Origin: Nitrospirota bacterium
GTDB taxonomy: Bacteria; Nitrospirota; UBA9217
Assembly: GCA_963790205.1 (NCBI GenBank)
Contig: CAWBNQ010000005.1
Coordinates: forward strand, 384,001 to 448,000
Reading direction: 5' to 3'
DNA: 64,000 bases
Shown: positions 50,004 to 59,560 of the stretch, piece after piece
How positions within the stretch are numbered: the stretch's first letter is position 1
Layout of the letters: each line of letters opens with the position of its first letter
The notes under the pieces: model-generated
Database searches by the model: none
What the model was told of the DNA's origin: nothing
Seen by the model: the letters and a program-made list of their open reading frames with translations, nothing else
Made by a program: the position numbers and the translations under genes

Positions 50004-50317
50004 TCGGTGCACCTCTGATGCCGAACGAAATAGAACGTTGTTGATGAGCAATGAAAACGGGGTACGAGTTCAGAAAAGATTACTGCTTTTATATGGCAAT
50101 TGTCAACTGTGGAAAACCTCCGAGGAGGATTGTCTCGACTAAACCAACATTAACAATGATAAGTATATAACTGGCGGATCCAGCGGCGTGTCGTGAGCGA
50201 GTGATTAGCGTCGGATTTATACACAGCCAAGGAGTACTTAGGGCCGTAGTTACTTACATTGCGTTGTGGTTCACGCTTAGTCCTTTCTAATCGCCCGCGT
50301 TATGTGGACGCATGGAA

Positions 50318-50812
50318 CTACTTTCCCATCGCGGGCGGCAGGTCTCCCACCTTTGCGTTTCTGTACCATTCAAGAAATTTCTCTGCTTCGGGAGCGCCTT
50401 CCGCAGGTGCCCATTGGGCAAGGTTGCTCTCCGCGATGGGTTTGTACGGCCCCTGCTTGATCTCAAAGACAACCGTGCCGGGTTCAAGCGAAGCCGGTGC
50501 ATGCCAGGTATTCAGGGGAAATTCCAGGACCGTTACCGGGCCGCCTGCCTTGAGCACCGTGCGCTCCAGGACCTTTCCCCTCTCATCGAAAATATTAAGC
50601 GCCAGCGATCCGCGCAGGATAACGAGCACCTCCCAGGTTTCCGGGTCCGAGTGGCGGTGAGGCCGGACATAGGTCCCCGGCTCCATGGCGATGCACAGAC
50701 GCTGCACCGGGTCGTGCAATTCCGGATGAAGGTTGAAATGCGCGCGTTTGCGGGGAGCTTCTTGTGCTTTTTTGGTCAGAGAATCAAGTAATGAGTTGTC
50801 TATCCGTTTCAT
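50318..50812 (-). CDS. WbuC family cupin-fold metalloprotein
   Basis: PRKRAHFNLH, MEPGTYVRPHRH, WH, FEIKQGPY. Confidence 0.9.
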   Translation of the reverse strand: MKRIDNSLLDSLTKKAQEAPRKRAHFNLHPELHDPVQRLCIAMEPGTYVRPHRHSDPETWEVLVILRGSLALNIFDERGKVLERTVLKAGGPVTVLEFPLNTWHAPASLEPGTVVFEIKQGPYKPIAESNLAQWAPAEGAPEAEKFLEWYRNAKVGDLPPAMGK

Positions 50813-50850
50813 CAAAACTCCTTCGCGTGCAATCGAGTAATGTCAAACTT

Positions 50851-50981
50851 GATACATTCGTAAAAAGTCTTTTTTAGCCACAGAAGTCACAAAAGGCTCA
50901 GAGAAATTCTTGGGTTTTTAAGGTCTTACTTTGCGCTCTCTGTGCATTTTGTGGCAAATCTTGACTTATTACGAGTTCATC
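50851..50981. mobile_element. MITE with 6-bp target duplication
   Basis: IRs GATACATTCGTAAAAAGTC / GACTTATTACGAGTTCATC, flanked by AAACTT at 50845-50850 and 50982-50987. Confidence 0.75.
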
Positions 50982-51070
50982 AAACTTTAACCACAGAGGA
51001 TACAGAGAAATCCTCAGATGTCAAAAGGTTAAAGAGTCAAGTTGCATCTTTTATTTCATGAAATTTTTCT

Positions 51071-53764
51071 TTACTTCGCCATCTCGCGCAGCGTCTCTTC
51101 CAGTTCCTTCAGGTACTTCCCGTATCCCGCCCAGTCCTCGTTCCGAAGGGCCTCCCGGGCCTTCCTGAGCTGCTCCAGCGCCCTGGCGCCCAGTTGCTTC
51201 GGCTGATCTTTGACCGCGATCGTTCCTTCTCCCGTCAACCGCATACTCGGCAGCGAGCCGGTAAAGAGCCGTTGGATCGCGGCCTCGAGCGTTTCCTCCA
51301 TGACCACTTCGTTGCCGTAGGCCACGATGACTCTCCTGAGCTCCGGCAGCCCTCCCTTGTCCGTGGCCACGAGGTAGAGCGGCTGCACGTAGATGAGCGA
51401 GTCCTCGATGGGGATGATCAAAAGGCTCCCCCGGATCACGTCGGAGCCGTGCTGGCCCCAGAGTGTCAACTGCTGCGAGATATAGGCGTCCTGGTCGATG
51501 CGCGCGTCGATCTGGCGCGGCCCGAAGACCAGACGGTCCCGGGGGAAGGTATAGACCGTGATCTTGCCGTAGTTCTCGCCGTCGCACCGGGCAGCCATCC
51601 AGGCAGCCAGGTTGTCCCGTTTCGACGGGGTGAACGGAAGGAGCAGGATGAACTCTTCCTCCGTAAGACCCGGGAGCTTCGTGATGAGGTAATAGGGCTC
51701 CATGGTCTTTTCTCGGTAGGACGGGACCTCCCAGAGATCTTCCTTGTTGTAGAACACCGAAGGGTCGGTCATGTGGAAGGTCGTGTACATCTGCGACTGG
51801 ATCTTGAGCAGGCCCCGGGGATAGCGGATGTGCCTCCTGAGGTCCTGCGGCATTTCCGCGATCGGTTTGAACAAGGTGGGAAAGATTTTGGCATAGGTCT
51901 TTGTCAGGATGTCGTTCTGGTCCACAACGTAGAACACGACGCTGCCGTCATAAGCGTCCACGACCACCTTGACGGAGTTGCGGATATAATTGGTACCTCC
52001 CTGCATGGGTTTTGAATAGGGCAGGTTCTCCGTGTGCGAGTAGGCGTCGATGATCCAGGAGAGCCGTCCGTTGTCCCCGATCACGAGGTACGGATCGGGG
52101 TCATAGGCGAAGAACGGCGCGATCTCTTCCACCCGCTTCATGATCCTCCGGTTGTAGAGGATCCGGCTTTCGTTCGTCACATCGCTCGACAGGACGAGCT
52201 TAAAGTTCCCGAAGTACGCGGCATAGAGGAGCCGCAACAGGGCCGATGAGAGCCGGACGCCGCCCTTGCCCTCGTAAACGCTGTAGACGTTCCCGCCGGT
52301 CGTGGGATAGCTGAACTCCTTCGTTTTGGTGTTCACGATGACGTAGTCGTTCGGGCTCTCGCCGTAGTAGATCTCGGGGCGCGTCACCTGCGGCCCCGCG
52401 CTCGTGACCGGCGGGATATCCTTGATATAGAACTCCGGCAGCCCTTCCTTGGTGATGCCGCTCACCGGCCCCATGGCCAGGCCGAAACCGTGGGTGAAGA
52501 CGAGCCGTTCGTTGATCCATGATTTCTCCGGCAGATCGGCGTACGACAGCTCGCGCGGGGAGAGCATGACCTGGCGATAGTTGCCGTTCACCGTGTAGCG
52601 GTCGGTGTCCACGCCGCTGAAGTGGTAGTAGGTCCGGATCTGCTGAAGCTGGGAATAGGTCTTGAGCAGCGGCTCCTCGTCCCAAAGCCTGATGTTCTGG
52701 ATCGTTGCGAGGTTTTTCCTGATGTCGGCGAACGTGAGCTGTTTGTTCGCGGCAAAGGGCTGCTGTTCCACGTTCTCCAGGCCATAGCCGTACCGGGTGA
52801 ACTTGATGTGGTTCGCGATAAAGGGCCGCTCCAGGACGATCTCGTTCGGGGAGACCTTGAAGCTCTGGACGGTCGAGGGATAGAGCTGGAGCCCCAGAAA
52901 ATAGACGGCCACGAGCACTCCGAGCGCGGCAAGGGGCGCCAGGAGAGAGCGGCGCGCGGAGAAAACAGGCACAACGATCGCGGCAAGGGCGGAGAGCGCG
53001 GCCATGACCGAGAGCATCGGGAGCCGCGCGTGCACGTCGGTGTACGAGGCCCCGTACAGCACGCCGTGCTCGGAGAAAAGCAGGCCGTAGCGGTCGAGAA
53101 CGAAGCTCGCCGACAGGCTCAAAAGGAAGAGCGATACGAGGATGCCGAGGTGGCGCTTCACTGCCGGTTCCACGGTAAAGAGCCGCCCGATGATCACGAA
53201 GCCGCCGCGGAAAAAATACACAGGCAGGGTCAGGAGGGCCGCGATCGTGATGAGACCGCGCGCCGCGTCGTTCACCTTGTCGACCAAAGGATAGGTGAAG
53301 AGATAGAACGAGATGTCCCTGCCGAAGAGCGGGTCAGCAAGATTGGCCGGCGCGCTGTTCAGAAAAAGGAGCGCCTGCTCCCAGTATGTTGTTCCGATCG
53401 GGTAGGCAAGTACAAAAGCGAACAGCGACACGACGAGCGAGACCCATCCCAGCACCCGGTCGAGATCGAGGTTCTGCAGCTGCGGCGCCCGCTCCCACAA
53501 AGGATGCAGCCCCGCAAGCGCATAAGCGCGCCGCGCAGCGATGCGGAGATTGATGAAGAGGACGAGAAAAGCAACCGTGCCGAAGATGAGTCCGCACAAA
53601 AGCTTTGCCTGGAAGGTCTTTGTGAATATCGCTCCATACCCTACTTCGCGGAAAAACAGCCAGTCCGCCATAAAGGCGATGGACCCGCGCGCTCCCATAA
53701 GAAGGACGAAGGCCGCTATCAGGGCCGCGATAAGAAGCCTGTTTCCTGTTTTTATCTTATTCAT
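51071..53764 (-). CDS. UPF0182 family membrane protein
   Basis: DPLFGRDISFY, GASYTDVHA, NIRLWD, FTHGFG, NYIRNSVK. Confidence 0.94.
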   Translation of the reverse strand: MNKIKTGNRLLIAALIAAFVLLMGARGSIAFMADWLFFREVGYGAIFTKTFQAKLLCGLIFGTVAFLVLFINLRIAARRAYALAGLHPLWERAPQLQNLDLDRVLGWVSLVVSLFAFVLAYPIGTTYWEQALLFLNSAPANLADPLFGRDISFYLFTYPLVDKVNDAARGLITIAALLTLPVYFFRGGFVIIGRLFTVEPAVKRHLGILVSLFLLSLSASFVLDRYGLLFSEHGVLYGASYTDVHARLPMLSVMAALSALAAIVVPVFSARRSLLAPLAALGVLVAVYFLGLQLYPSTVQSFKVSPNEIVLERPFIANHIKFTRYGYGLENVEQQPFAANKQLTFADIRKNLATIQNIRLWDEEPLLKTYSQLQQIRTYYHFSGVDTDRYTVNGNYRQVMLSPRELSYADLPEKSWINERLVFTHGFGLAMGPVSGITKEGLPEFYIKDIPPVTSAGPQVTRPEIYYGESPNDYVIVNTKTKEFSYPTTGGNVYSVYEGKGGVRLSSALLRLLYAAYFGNFKLVLSSDVTNESRILYNRRIMKRVEEIAPFFAYDPDPYLVIGDNGRLSWIIDAYSHTENLPYSKPMQGGTNYIRNSVKVVVDAYDGSVVFYVVDQNDILTKTYAKIFPTLFKPIAEMPQDLRRHIRYPRGLLKIQSQMYTTFHMTDPSVFYNKEDLWEVPSYREKTMEPYYLITKLPGLTEEEFILLLPFTPSKRDNLAAWMAARCDGENYGKITVYTFPRDRLVFGPRQIDARIDQDAYISQQLTLWGQHGSDVIRGSLLIIPIEDSLIYVQPLYLVATDKGGLPELRRVIVAYGNEVVMEETLEAAIQRLFTGSLPSMRLTGEGTIAVKDQPKQLGARALEQLRKAREALRNEDWAGYGKYLKELEETLREMAK

Positions 53765-53989
53765 CCTGTTCCCCTTCCTGGATCGGTTGATGATGCAGTG
53801 AGTACCCGGTGGCGCCGGGACATGGAGCGATCATTGCGGCTTGAGCGTAAGAACGCCACGTGCGGCCATGGAGAGGAAAGAAACAAGCGGTGAAAAATGC
53901 CGTCCTTCAAACAGGCCCCGAAAACCCGGATGAGGGTCCCCGCGAGAGAAGAAAGAATTGTCGAGCTGTAACTCAGCTCATGTCGAGCT

Positions 53990-54175
53990 TCACGTGGGGC
54001 CGCAGGCAGGGGAACAGGCCCTTGCCGCTGCCTTCTTATCGTCTTCGGGAAGATGGCACTTTTTGTACTTCTTCCCGCTTCCGCACCAGCACGGCTCGTT
54101 CCTTTCAGGCTTTACTGCCGGCGCCTTTTCTTCCGCGTCCTGAAAAAAGCTCTTTACCCGCTCGAACAGACCCAT
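53990..54175 (-). CDS. SEC-C metal-binding motif small protein
   Basis: RNEPCWCGSGKKYKKCH; GGAGG RBS. Confidence 0.85.
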   Translation of the reverse strand: MGLFERVKSFFQDAEEKAPAVKPERNEPCWCGSGKKYKKCHLPEDDKKAAARACSPACGPT

Positions 54176-54510
54176 GAATCCTCCCTGAAAAAACGATATT
54201 GCTTTATTGCGTTGCCCGCCATTGTAACAGAACAAGGCATTATTTTCCATTATTGAATTTACGATGGGAGTGTAAACTGCCCGTACGGCCGCAAGCCGCA
54301 GGCAGAGGAAAGCAGGCGGGCGGTATTTTTCAGATAGTGGCGACATTCTTGACCGGCTTGTGATCTGCGCTAAAGAATGCACTGCTATCCACGCCGATTA
54401 TATTTTTCGTTTTAACCGACAGGGAAACATCGAGGGGCAACATCAAAAGGAAGTGGTCTGCCATCGTTCTGAGGAAACGGATTCGCCGTTCACGCATCCT
54501 TGTCACACCG

Positions 54511-54897
54511 TCACTCCTCGTCAAAACAAAGGGTGTTGTCGTCTATCACTACTGTTTCGCAAAATTCCGCGATTTTGTCTTCCGGTACCCCCATGCTCCG
54601 CAGTACGCCGATAAAACGCCTGCGCTGGAACACTGCAATAACGGTCGTTCCAGCCTTGAGCGCCGTCTCCACAGGGTAGCGATACGTTTTATCGCCGGAG
54701 CACGCGACAGAAAACGTGCCGGCCGCGGACCGTTTGGCCCCAATAGCAGCGGCGCCGACTTTTAACTTCCGCGCCTGTTCGAGCTGGACCGTCTCCTGCA
54801 GCAGCATGAGATGGAAGATAGCGTCGTTCAATTCAGCGGGCTTGTCCAGGTACTGCTCCAGGCCGTATTTTTTCGCAAGTTCAGCAGCTGTTTCCAT
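54511..54897 (-). CDS. Hypothetical protein
   Basis: GGAG RBS, protein-like composition, fills the gap. Confidence 0.6.
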   Translation of the reverse strand: METAAELAKKYGLEQYLDKPAELNDAIFHLMLLQETVQLEQARKLKVGAAAIGAKRSAAGTFSVACSGDKTYRYPVETALKAGTTVIAVFQRRRFIGVLRSMGVPEDKIAEFCETVVIDDNTLCFDEE

Positions 54898-54981
54898 AAG
54901 CACTCCAGTGATTACCCCGTATTCCCATAACGCCGTCCCTCACGGTCCCGCATTCGGGAGTCTCCGGATGTTCCCCGCGCA

Positions 54982-55158
54982 TCATATCAGGTCGCTGATT
55001 TCAACAAGACAGCGCTGTACAGCCCTCTTCAGCGTGTCGCCGGCGAGAAGTCGATCGGATACGCAATACGCGAACTTTGCCACGATCTCGTCCGTATTGC
55101 CGCTGAGATCTATCCCCTGTTTCTTCGCCTCTTCGAGAATATGCGCCAGGTCTTTCAT
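54982..55158 (-). CDS. Small hypothetical protein (58 aa)
   Basis: MKDLAHILEEAKKQGID... after a G-rich RBS. Confidence 0.55.
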   Translation of the reverse strand: MKDLAHILEEAKKQGIDLSGNTDEIVAKFAYCVSDRLLAGDTLKRAVQRCLVEISDLI

Positions 55159-55655
55159 CTGTCCCCCATGAATACGGCAGAGTGCAAATAAAAAAATTTT
55201 CAGCTTTCTCATTTGCAGGCTCTCTCGCAGAGGTGATGAGCCTGCGGTTTTTAATTCATGGTTCAGTGGGTAGCGCTCTTCGTTCGGAAACATGCTCTCC
55301 TGTGCCAAGAACAAGAAGCTGTGCTTCCATACAAGCGTGCACCGGTTGACAGCTGTTAGAGCATAGTACAGAGCACGAGGAAAATCAAGACCTATGTGCG
55401 CAAGTGTGGGATTTGAATATCTCATTGCGATTGATCTCGCAGGGCCGGGGACGCTGAGGCGGAAGAGCCTGATGGGGAGGACAGAAAACCGCATGATGCA
55501 GAATGCCTCTTCGCAGTTCAACCTGCTTTTTCCTCACCCGGGAATGGCAAAGAGCAGCACGCATGTCCGTGAAAAAACGACAGAACCTCATTTTTTTCTT
55601 CACTCTTGGCCTCTTTTTTGGTATATATGCACATTCATTTGCTCGCTGAGGAGGC

Positions 55656-56078
55656 ATGTTATTCTTGACTGAAGAGAACGAAAACAAGAGCAGAGGCATA
55701 CAGCGGTACAGCGTGGCTTCACGGCGCACCTCTGCCATGGGCATCATCGCCTTCGACCGGCTCATGCAAACGGAACACATTGTCCGGATTGTCAACCTCA
55801 GCGTGGTCGGCGTGGGGATCGAGTCGGACGAGCCTATCGAACCCGGTTTGGTCTGCTTCAAAGAACAGGTGGGAGGCCACAAGTTCGGCGTCGTCGCCTG
55901 GTGCCGGCTGGACGGCGACCGGTATTTGGCAGGCATCAATTTCACGACCCTGCCCCTTGAAAAGGAACGGTATCTCCGGAAGCAGGTCAAGCAGTCGCAT
56001 CCCCACAAACCGCTCCGGGACCCTGAAAAGATCATTGCAGCGCTGCTCGAGTCCGTCAAAGGGCAAACGAGCGCGTAG
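55656..56078 (+). CDS. PilZ-domain protein (possible c-di-GMP receptor)
   Basis: RGIQR (RxxxR) and NLSVVG (NxSxxG); GAGGAGG RBS. Confidence 0.7.
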   Translation: MLFLTEENENKSRGIQRYSVASRRTSAMGIIAFDRLMQTEHIVRIVNLSVVGVGIESDEPIEPGLVCFKEQVGGHKFGVVAWCRLDGDRYLAGINFTTLPLEKERYLRKQVKQSHPHKPLRDPEKIIAALLESVKGQTSA

Positions 56079-56335
56079 TATTTTCTCCTTCCGCTTGACG
56101 GCACTCCGGAGCCGGTCTTCCCTCACGAAAATAATTCTGTCTTTTTCCAGGACCAACACTGTTTATTGCCAGGGCAAGATGCGCACCGTTGCCGGCACGG
56201 AAGAAGAATGACGACGTCTCCGAAGGCTCAGGGGACGTCAGGGGACCTGTGCGTGCGAATCAGCGTACAAAGGACCTTGGATTTGCTTCGCGACGCTGGG
56301 CGCTTTGTGTCAGGGAAAAAACGGACAGCCGCCCG

Positions 56336-57310
56336 CTATTTGTTCAAGAGCGCCGCCGCTTCTTTGGCGAAATAGGTGAGGATCATGTCGGCCCCGGCTC
56401 GCTTCATCGCGATGAGTGATTCCATCATGGCGCGCTCGCCGTCGATCCATCCCATTTTTGCCGCGGCTTTGATCATGGAGAACTCGCCGCTCACGTTGTA
56501 GGCGGCTACGGGAAGGTTATATTGCTGCCGAACCTGGTAGATGATGTCGAGATACGCGAGCGCGGGCTTCACCATCACGATGTCCGCGCCTTCGTCGATG
56601 TCCAGGGCCACTTCGCGCAGGGCCTCGCGGCTGTTCGGCGCGTCCATCTGATAGGAGCGGCGGTCGCCGAACTGCGGCGTCGATTCCGCCGCTTCGCGGA
56701 AGGGGCCATAGAAGCTCGACGCGTACTTTGCGGCATAGGACATGATCGGCGTATCGTGGAAACCGTGGCCATCGAGGGTGTCGCGGATGGCCCCCACCCG
56801 GCCGTCCATCATGTCCGAGGGCGCGACCATGTCCGCGCCCGCTTTGGCGTGGGAGAGCGCTTCCCTGGCAAGGAGCTCGAGCGTGGCGTCGTTCTGGACC
56901 ACGCCGTTCTTGATCACGCCGCAGTGGCCGTGGCTCGTGTACTCGCAGAGGCAGACATCGGTGATGACGATGAGGTCGGGAAGTTTGTTCTTGATGGCCT
57001 TGATCGCGTGCTGGACAATGCCCTCGTCCGAGTAGGCCTCGCTGCCCACTTCGTCCTTATGCTCCGGAATGCCGAAGAGAAGGACCGCGGGAATGCCGAG
57101 TCCCCTTACCTCTTCGCAGTCCTTCACGATGTTGTCGATGGACTGCTGGAAGTTGCCGGGCATGGAGCCTATCTCTTTTTTGACGCCCTTGCCGTGGGTC
57201 ACGAAAAGAGGGTAGATGAAATCGTCGGGAGAGAGCTTCGTCTCCCTGACCATGCGCCGTATATTCTCGTTGGAACGCAGCCTTCTCGGCCGATACACTG
57301 GTCGGAACAT
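56336..57310 (-). CDS. hemB: Porphobilinogen synthase
   Basis: [32 protein letters not shown]. Confidence 0.97.
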   Translation of the reverse strand: MFRPVYRPRRLRSNENIRRMVRETKLSPDDFIYPLFVTHGKGVKKEIGSMPGNFQQSIDNIVKDCEEVRGLGIPAVLLFGIPEHKDEVGSEAYSDEGIVQHAIKAIKNKLPDLIVITDVCLCEYTSHGHCGVIKNGVVQNDATLELLAREALSHAKAGADMVAPSDMMDGRVGAIRDTLDGHGFHDTPIMSYAAKYASSFYGPFREAAESTPQFGDRRSYQMDAPNSREALREVALDIDEGADIVMVKPALAYLDIIYQVRQQYNLPVAAYNVSGEFSMIKAAAKMGWIDGERAMMESLIAMKRAGADMILTYFAKEAAALLNK

Positions 57311-57327
57311 GGAATCTCCTGAAATAC

Positions 57328-57404
57328 AGGTTGAGGTCAAGGTCGAGGTTTAGAACTTCTTAAGCTTAAGCCTTAGCCTTAGCCTTAGCCTTAGCCTTAG
57401 CCTT
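57328..57404. repeat. Inverted hexamer array ending in perfect (AGCCTT)6
   Basis: aggttg-aggtca-aggtcg-aggttt, then AGCCTT x6 at 57369-57404. Confidence 0.85.
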
Positions 57405-57412
57405 GTTATAGC

Positions 57413-57790
57413 CTAGCTGCAGCCGCACCCGCCGCTGCCGCACCCGCCGCCGCTTTTCGGCTTGGACTCTTCCGTGCCGCAGCCGCAACTTCCGCCCGCG
57501 GGGGCGCCGTTCGGGAACCCGATAACAAAACCCTCGCCCCGCTCGTCGCTGATGAACCCGAGCTCGGCCCCGTCCAGGGTCTTGACCGTTGATTCGTCGA
57601 CATAGAGTTTGGCGCCGTTCTGTTCGACCACAGTATCGCCGTCGCCCGCCTTGTCGTCGATCATGATCTCGTAGGACGGTCCGCAGCATCCGCCGCCAGC
57701 CGCCGCGACGCGCAAGCCGTGGTTCGGCACCCCTTCCGCCTTGAGGATCTCCTTGATCTTGTCCACCGCCAGGTCTGAAATGGTAATCAT
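57413..57790 (-). CDS. HesB/IscA/ErpA family Fe-S carrier with Cys/Gly-rich tail
   Basis: GGGCCGPSY...YVDE...GSCGCG...GGGCGSGGCGCS. Confidence 0.85.
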   Translation of the reverse strand: MITISDLAVDKIKEILKAEGVPNHGLRVAAAGGGCCGPSYEIMIDDKAGDGDTVVEQNGAKLYVDESTVKTLDGAELGFISDERGEGFVIGFPNGAPAGGSCGCGTEESKPKSGGGCGSGGCGCS

Positions 57791-57812
57791 GAAATCTCCT
57801 TTTTAATATTTG

Positions 57813-57885
57813 CGTCATTCCGGGCTAGACCCGGAATCCAGCGGCTTCCAGAGTCCCTGGATCCCGCTTTCGCAAGAATAATACG
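57813..57885. repeat. CGTC-type REP-like palindrome dimer
   Basis: CGTCATTCCGGGCTAGACCCGGAATCCA ... TGGATCCCGCTTTCGCAAGAATAA. Confidence 0.7.
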
Positions 57886-57888
57886 CAA

Positions 57889-59418
57889 CTACTTTTTCTT
57901 GTAATACTCCACCATCGCCTCAACGAGCGCGGGTATGGTATATTCCTTCGGCATGATGTCTATCTTCATGCCGTGCTCTGCTGCCGTTTTCGCGGTCACC
58001 GGCCCGATGCAGGCCACGACAACACCCTGCAATAACGTTTTATACTCTTTTTGGCCGAGTATTTCAATAAAATTGTTCACTGTGGACGAGCTTGTAAAGG
58101 TGACTGCCGCAATCTTTTTCTCCTCGAAGAGCTTTTTAGCGCGCTCCGCGTCGGCTGCGGGTTTTACGTTCTCGTAGGCGGTCGCGACCGTGACCAGCGC
58201 TCCGAGTTCCCGGAGTTTGTCCGGAATGATCTCGCGCGCAACCTTTGCCCGGGGGATCAGGAATTTTTGTCCCTTCACCTTCACTCCGCCGAGGGCGGAA
58301 AGGACCCCTTCTGCCTTGAATTCCGATGGAATAAGGTCCGGTCTGAGACCGTATGATTCCAGGGCTTCGGCGGTCTTCGGTCCCACCACGCAGATATTGA
58401 CGCCTTTCAGCATGCGAAGGTCCTTGCCGAGCGCTCGAAGACGTTCCATGAAAAACCGGACCGCGTTCGCGCTCGTAAAGATCAACCAGTTGTATGTTTC
58501 GATCGTATTGACGGCCCCATCGAGCTCGTCCCAGCTTGCGGGCGGGACAACTTCGATGGTCGGAAATTCTATGGTCGTGGCACCGAGATCGATGAGCTTC
58601 TCGGCAAATACGCTCGCCTGGTCCCGGGAGCGGGTCACAACAATGCGCTTGCCGAAAAGCGGCTTGGACTCGTACCAGTTGAGCTTTTGCCGGAGCTTGA
58701 CGACCTCTCCCACCACGATGATGGCCGGAGGGCCGAGCTTCGCTTCTTTCACTTTGGGGACGATGTCCTGGAGCGTGCCGGTCACGACCCGCTGATCCGT
58801 GCGCGTGCCCCACTGGATGAGCGCAACGGGCGTTTCCGGGTCCCTGCCGTGCGAGACGAGGTTGTCAACGATATTTTGAAGGTTCTTCATGCCCATGAAG
58901 AACACGAGCGTGCCGATGCCGGTCGCGATCTTGTCCCAGTGCACTTTCGATTCCGGCTTGGTCGGATCTTCGTGGCCGGTGACGAAGGCAACGCTTGCCG
59001 TATGCTCGCGGTGGGTCAGCGGGATGCCGGCGTAGGTCGGCACCGACGTGGCCGCGGTCACGCCGGGGACGATCTCGAAAGGGATGTGGTTATCGGCAAG
59101 TTCTTCGGCCTCTTCTCCTCCCCTGCCGAAGATGAAGGGGTCCCCGCCTTTCAGCCGCGCGACGAGCTTCCCCTCCCGCGCCTTCCTGACGATGAGACCG
59201 TTGATCTCATCCTGCGGGAGCGTGTGCCTGCTCCCCTGTTTGCCGACGTAAATGAGCTCCGCGTCAGGACGCCGCTGCTCGAGCAGGCGCTCATTGGCAA
59301 GATAGTCATAGATGATCACGTCGGCCCGTTTGACACACTCCAGTCCCTTGACCGTGATCAGACCCGGATCCCCGGGTCCCGCGCCGATTAAATATACTTT
59401 TCCGATAGATTGGGTCAT
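57889..59418 (-). CDS. cobA: Fused uroporphyrinogen-III C-methyltransferase / uroporphyrinogen-III synthase (CobA-HemD)
   Basis: GAGPGDPGLIT, RLKGGDPFIFGRGGEE, then VVTRSRDQ, FTSANAV, FTSSSTV, CIGPVTA. Confidence 0.94.
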   Translation of the reverse strand: MTQSIGKVYLIGAGPGDPGLITVKGLECVKRADVIIYDYLANERLLEQRRPDAELIYVGKQGSRHTLPQDEINGLIVRKAREGKLVARLKGGDPFIFGRGGEEAEELADNHIPFEIVPGVTAATSVPTYAGIPLTHREHTASVAFVTGHEDPTKPESKVHWDKIATGIGTLVFFMGMKNLQNIVDNLVSHGRDPETPVALIQWGTRTDQRVVTGTLQDIVPKVKEAKLGPPAIIVVGEVVKLRQKLNWYESKPLFGKRIVVTRSRDQASVFAEKLIDLGATTIEFPTIEVVPPASWDELDGAVNTIETYNWLIFTSANAVRFFMERLRALGKDLRMLKGVNICVVGPKTAEALESYGLRPDLIPSEFKAEGVLSALGGVKVKGQKFLIPRAKVAREIIPDKLRELGALVTVATAYENVKPAADAERAKKLFEEKKIAAVTFTSSSTVNNFIEILGQKEYKTLLQGVVVACIGPVTAKTAAEHGMKIDIMPKEYTIPALVEAMVEYYKKK

Positions 59419-59428
59419 ATTCTTTTTT

Positions 59429-59558
59429 ACCACAGAGGACACAGAGAAAACCGAAAGGATCAATAACGGTATCGGGGTTTGAGAGGATCATGAGAAACCG
59501 AGGTTAGATTAGAATTTCTGCGGTTATCTTTTCTCCAACCTCTGTGGTCTCTGTGGTT
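59429..59558. repeat. Inverted 9-bp-period array
   Basis: ccacagagg-acacagaga ... cctctgtgg-tctctgtgg. Confidence 0.7.
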
Positions 59559-59560
59559 GA

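Noticed and set aside
50015..50230. Integron attC/attI-like sites near the nuclease gene (GTTCGGC upstream of its start)
   Set aside because: No convincing paired R/L boxes, no attC after the gene's 3' end and no integrase in the window.
57369..57404. Telomere-like or CRISPR-like repeat, and the KAKAKA ORF 57366-57818
   Set aside because: No spacers or cas genes; it is a simple hexamer run, and the ORF is an alternate frame of the hesB gene.
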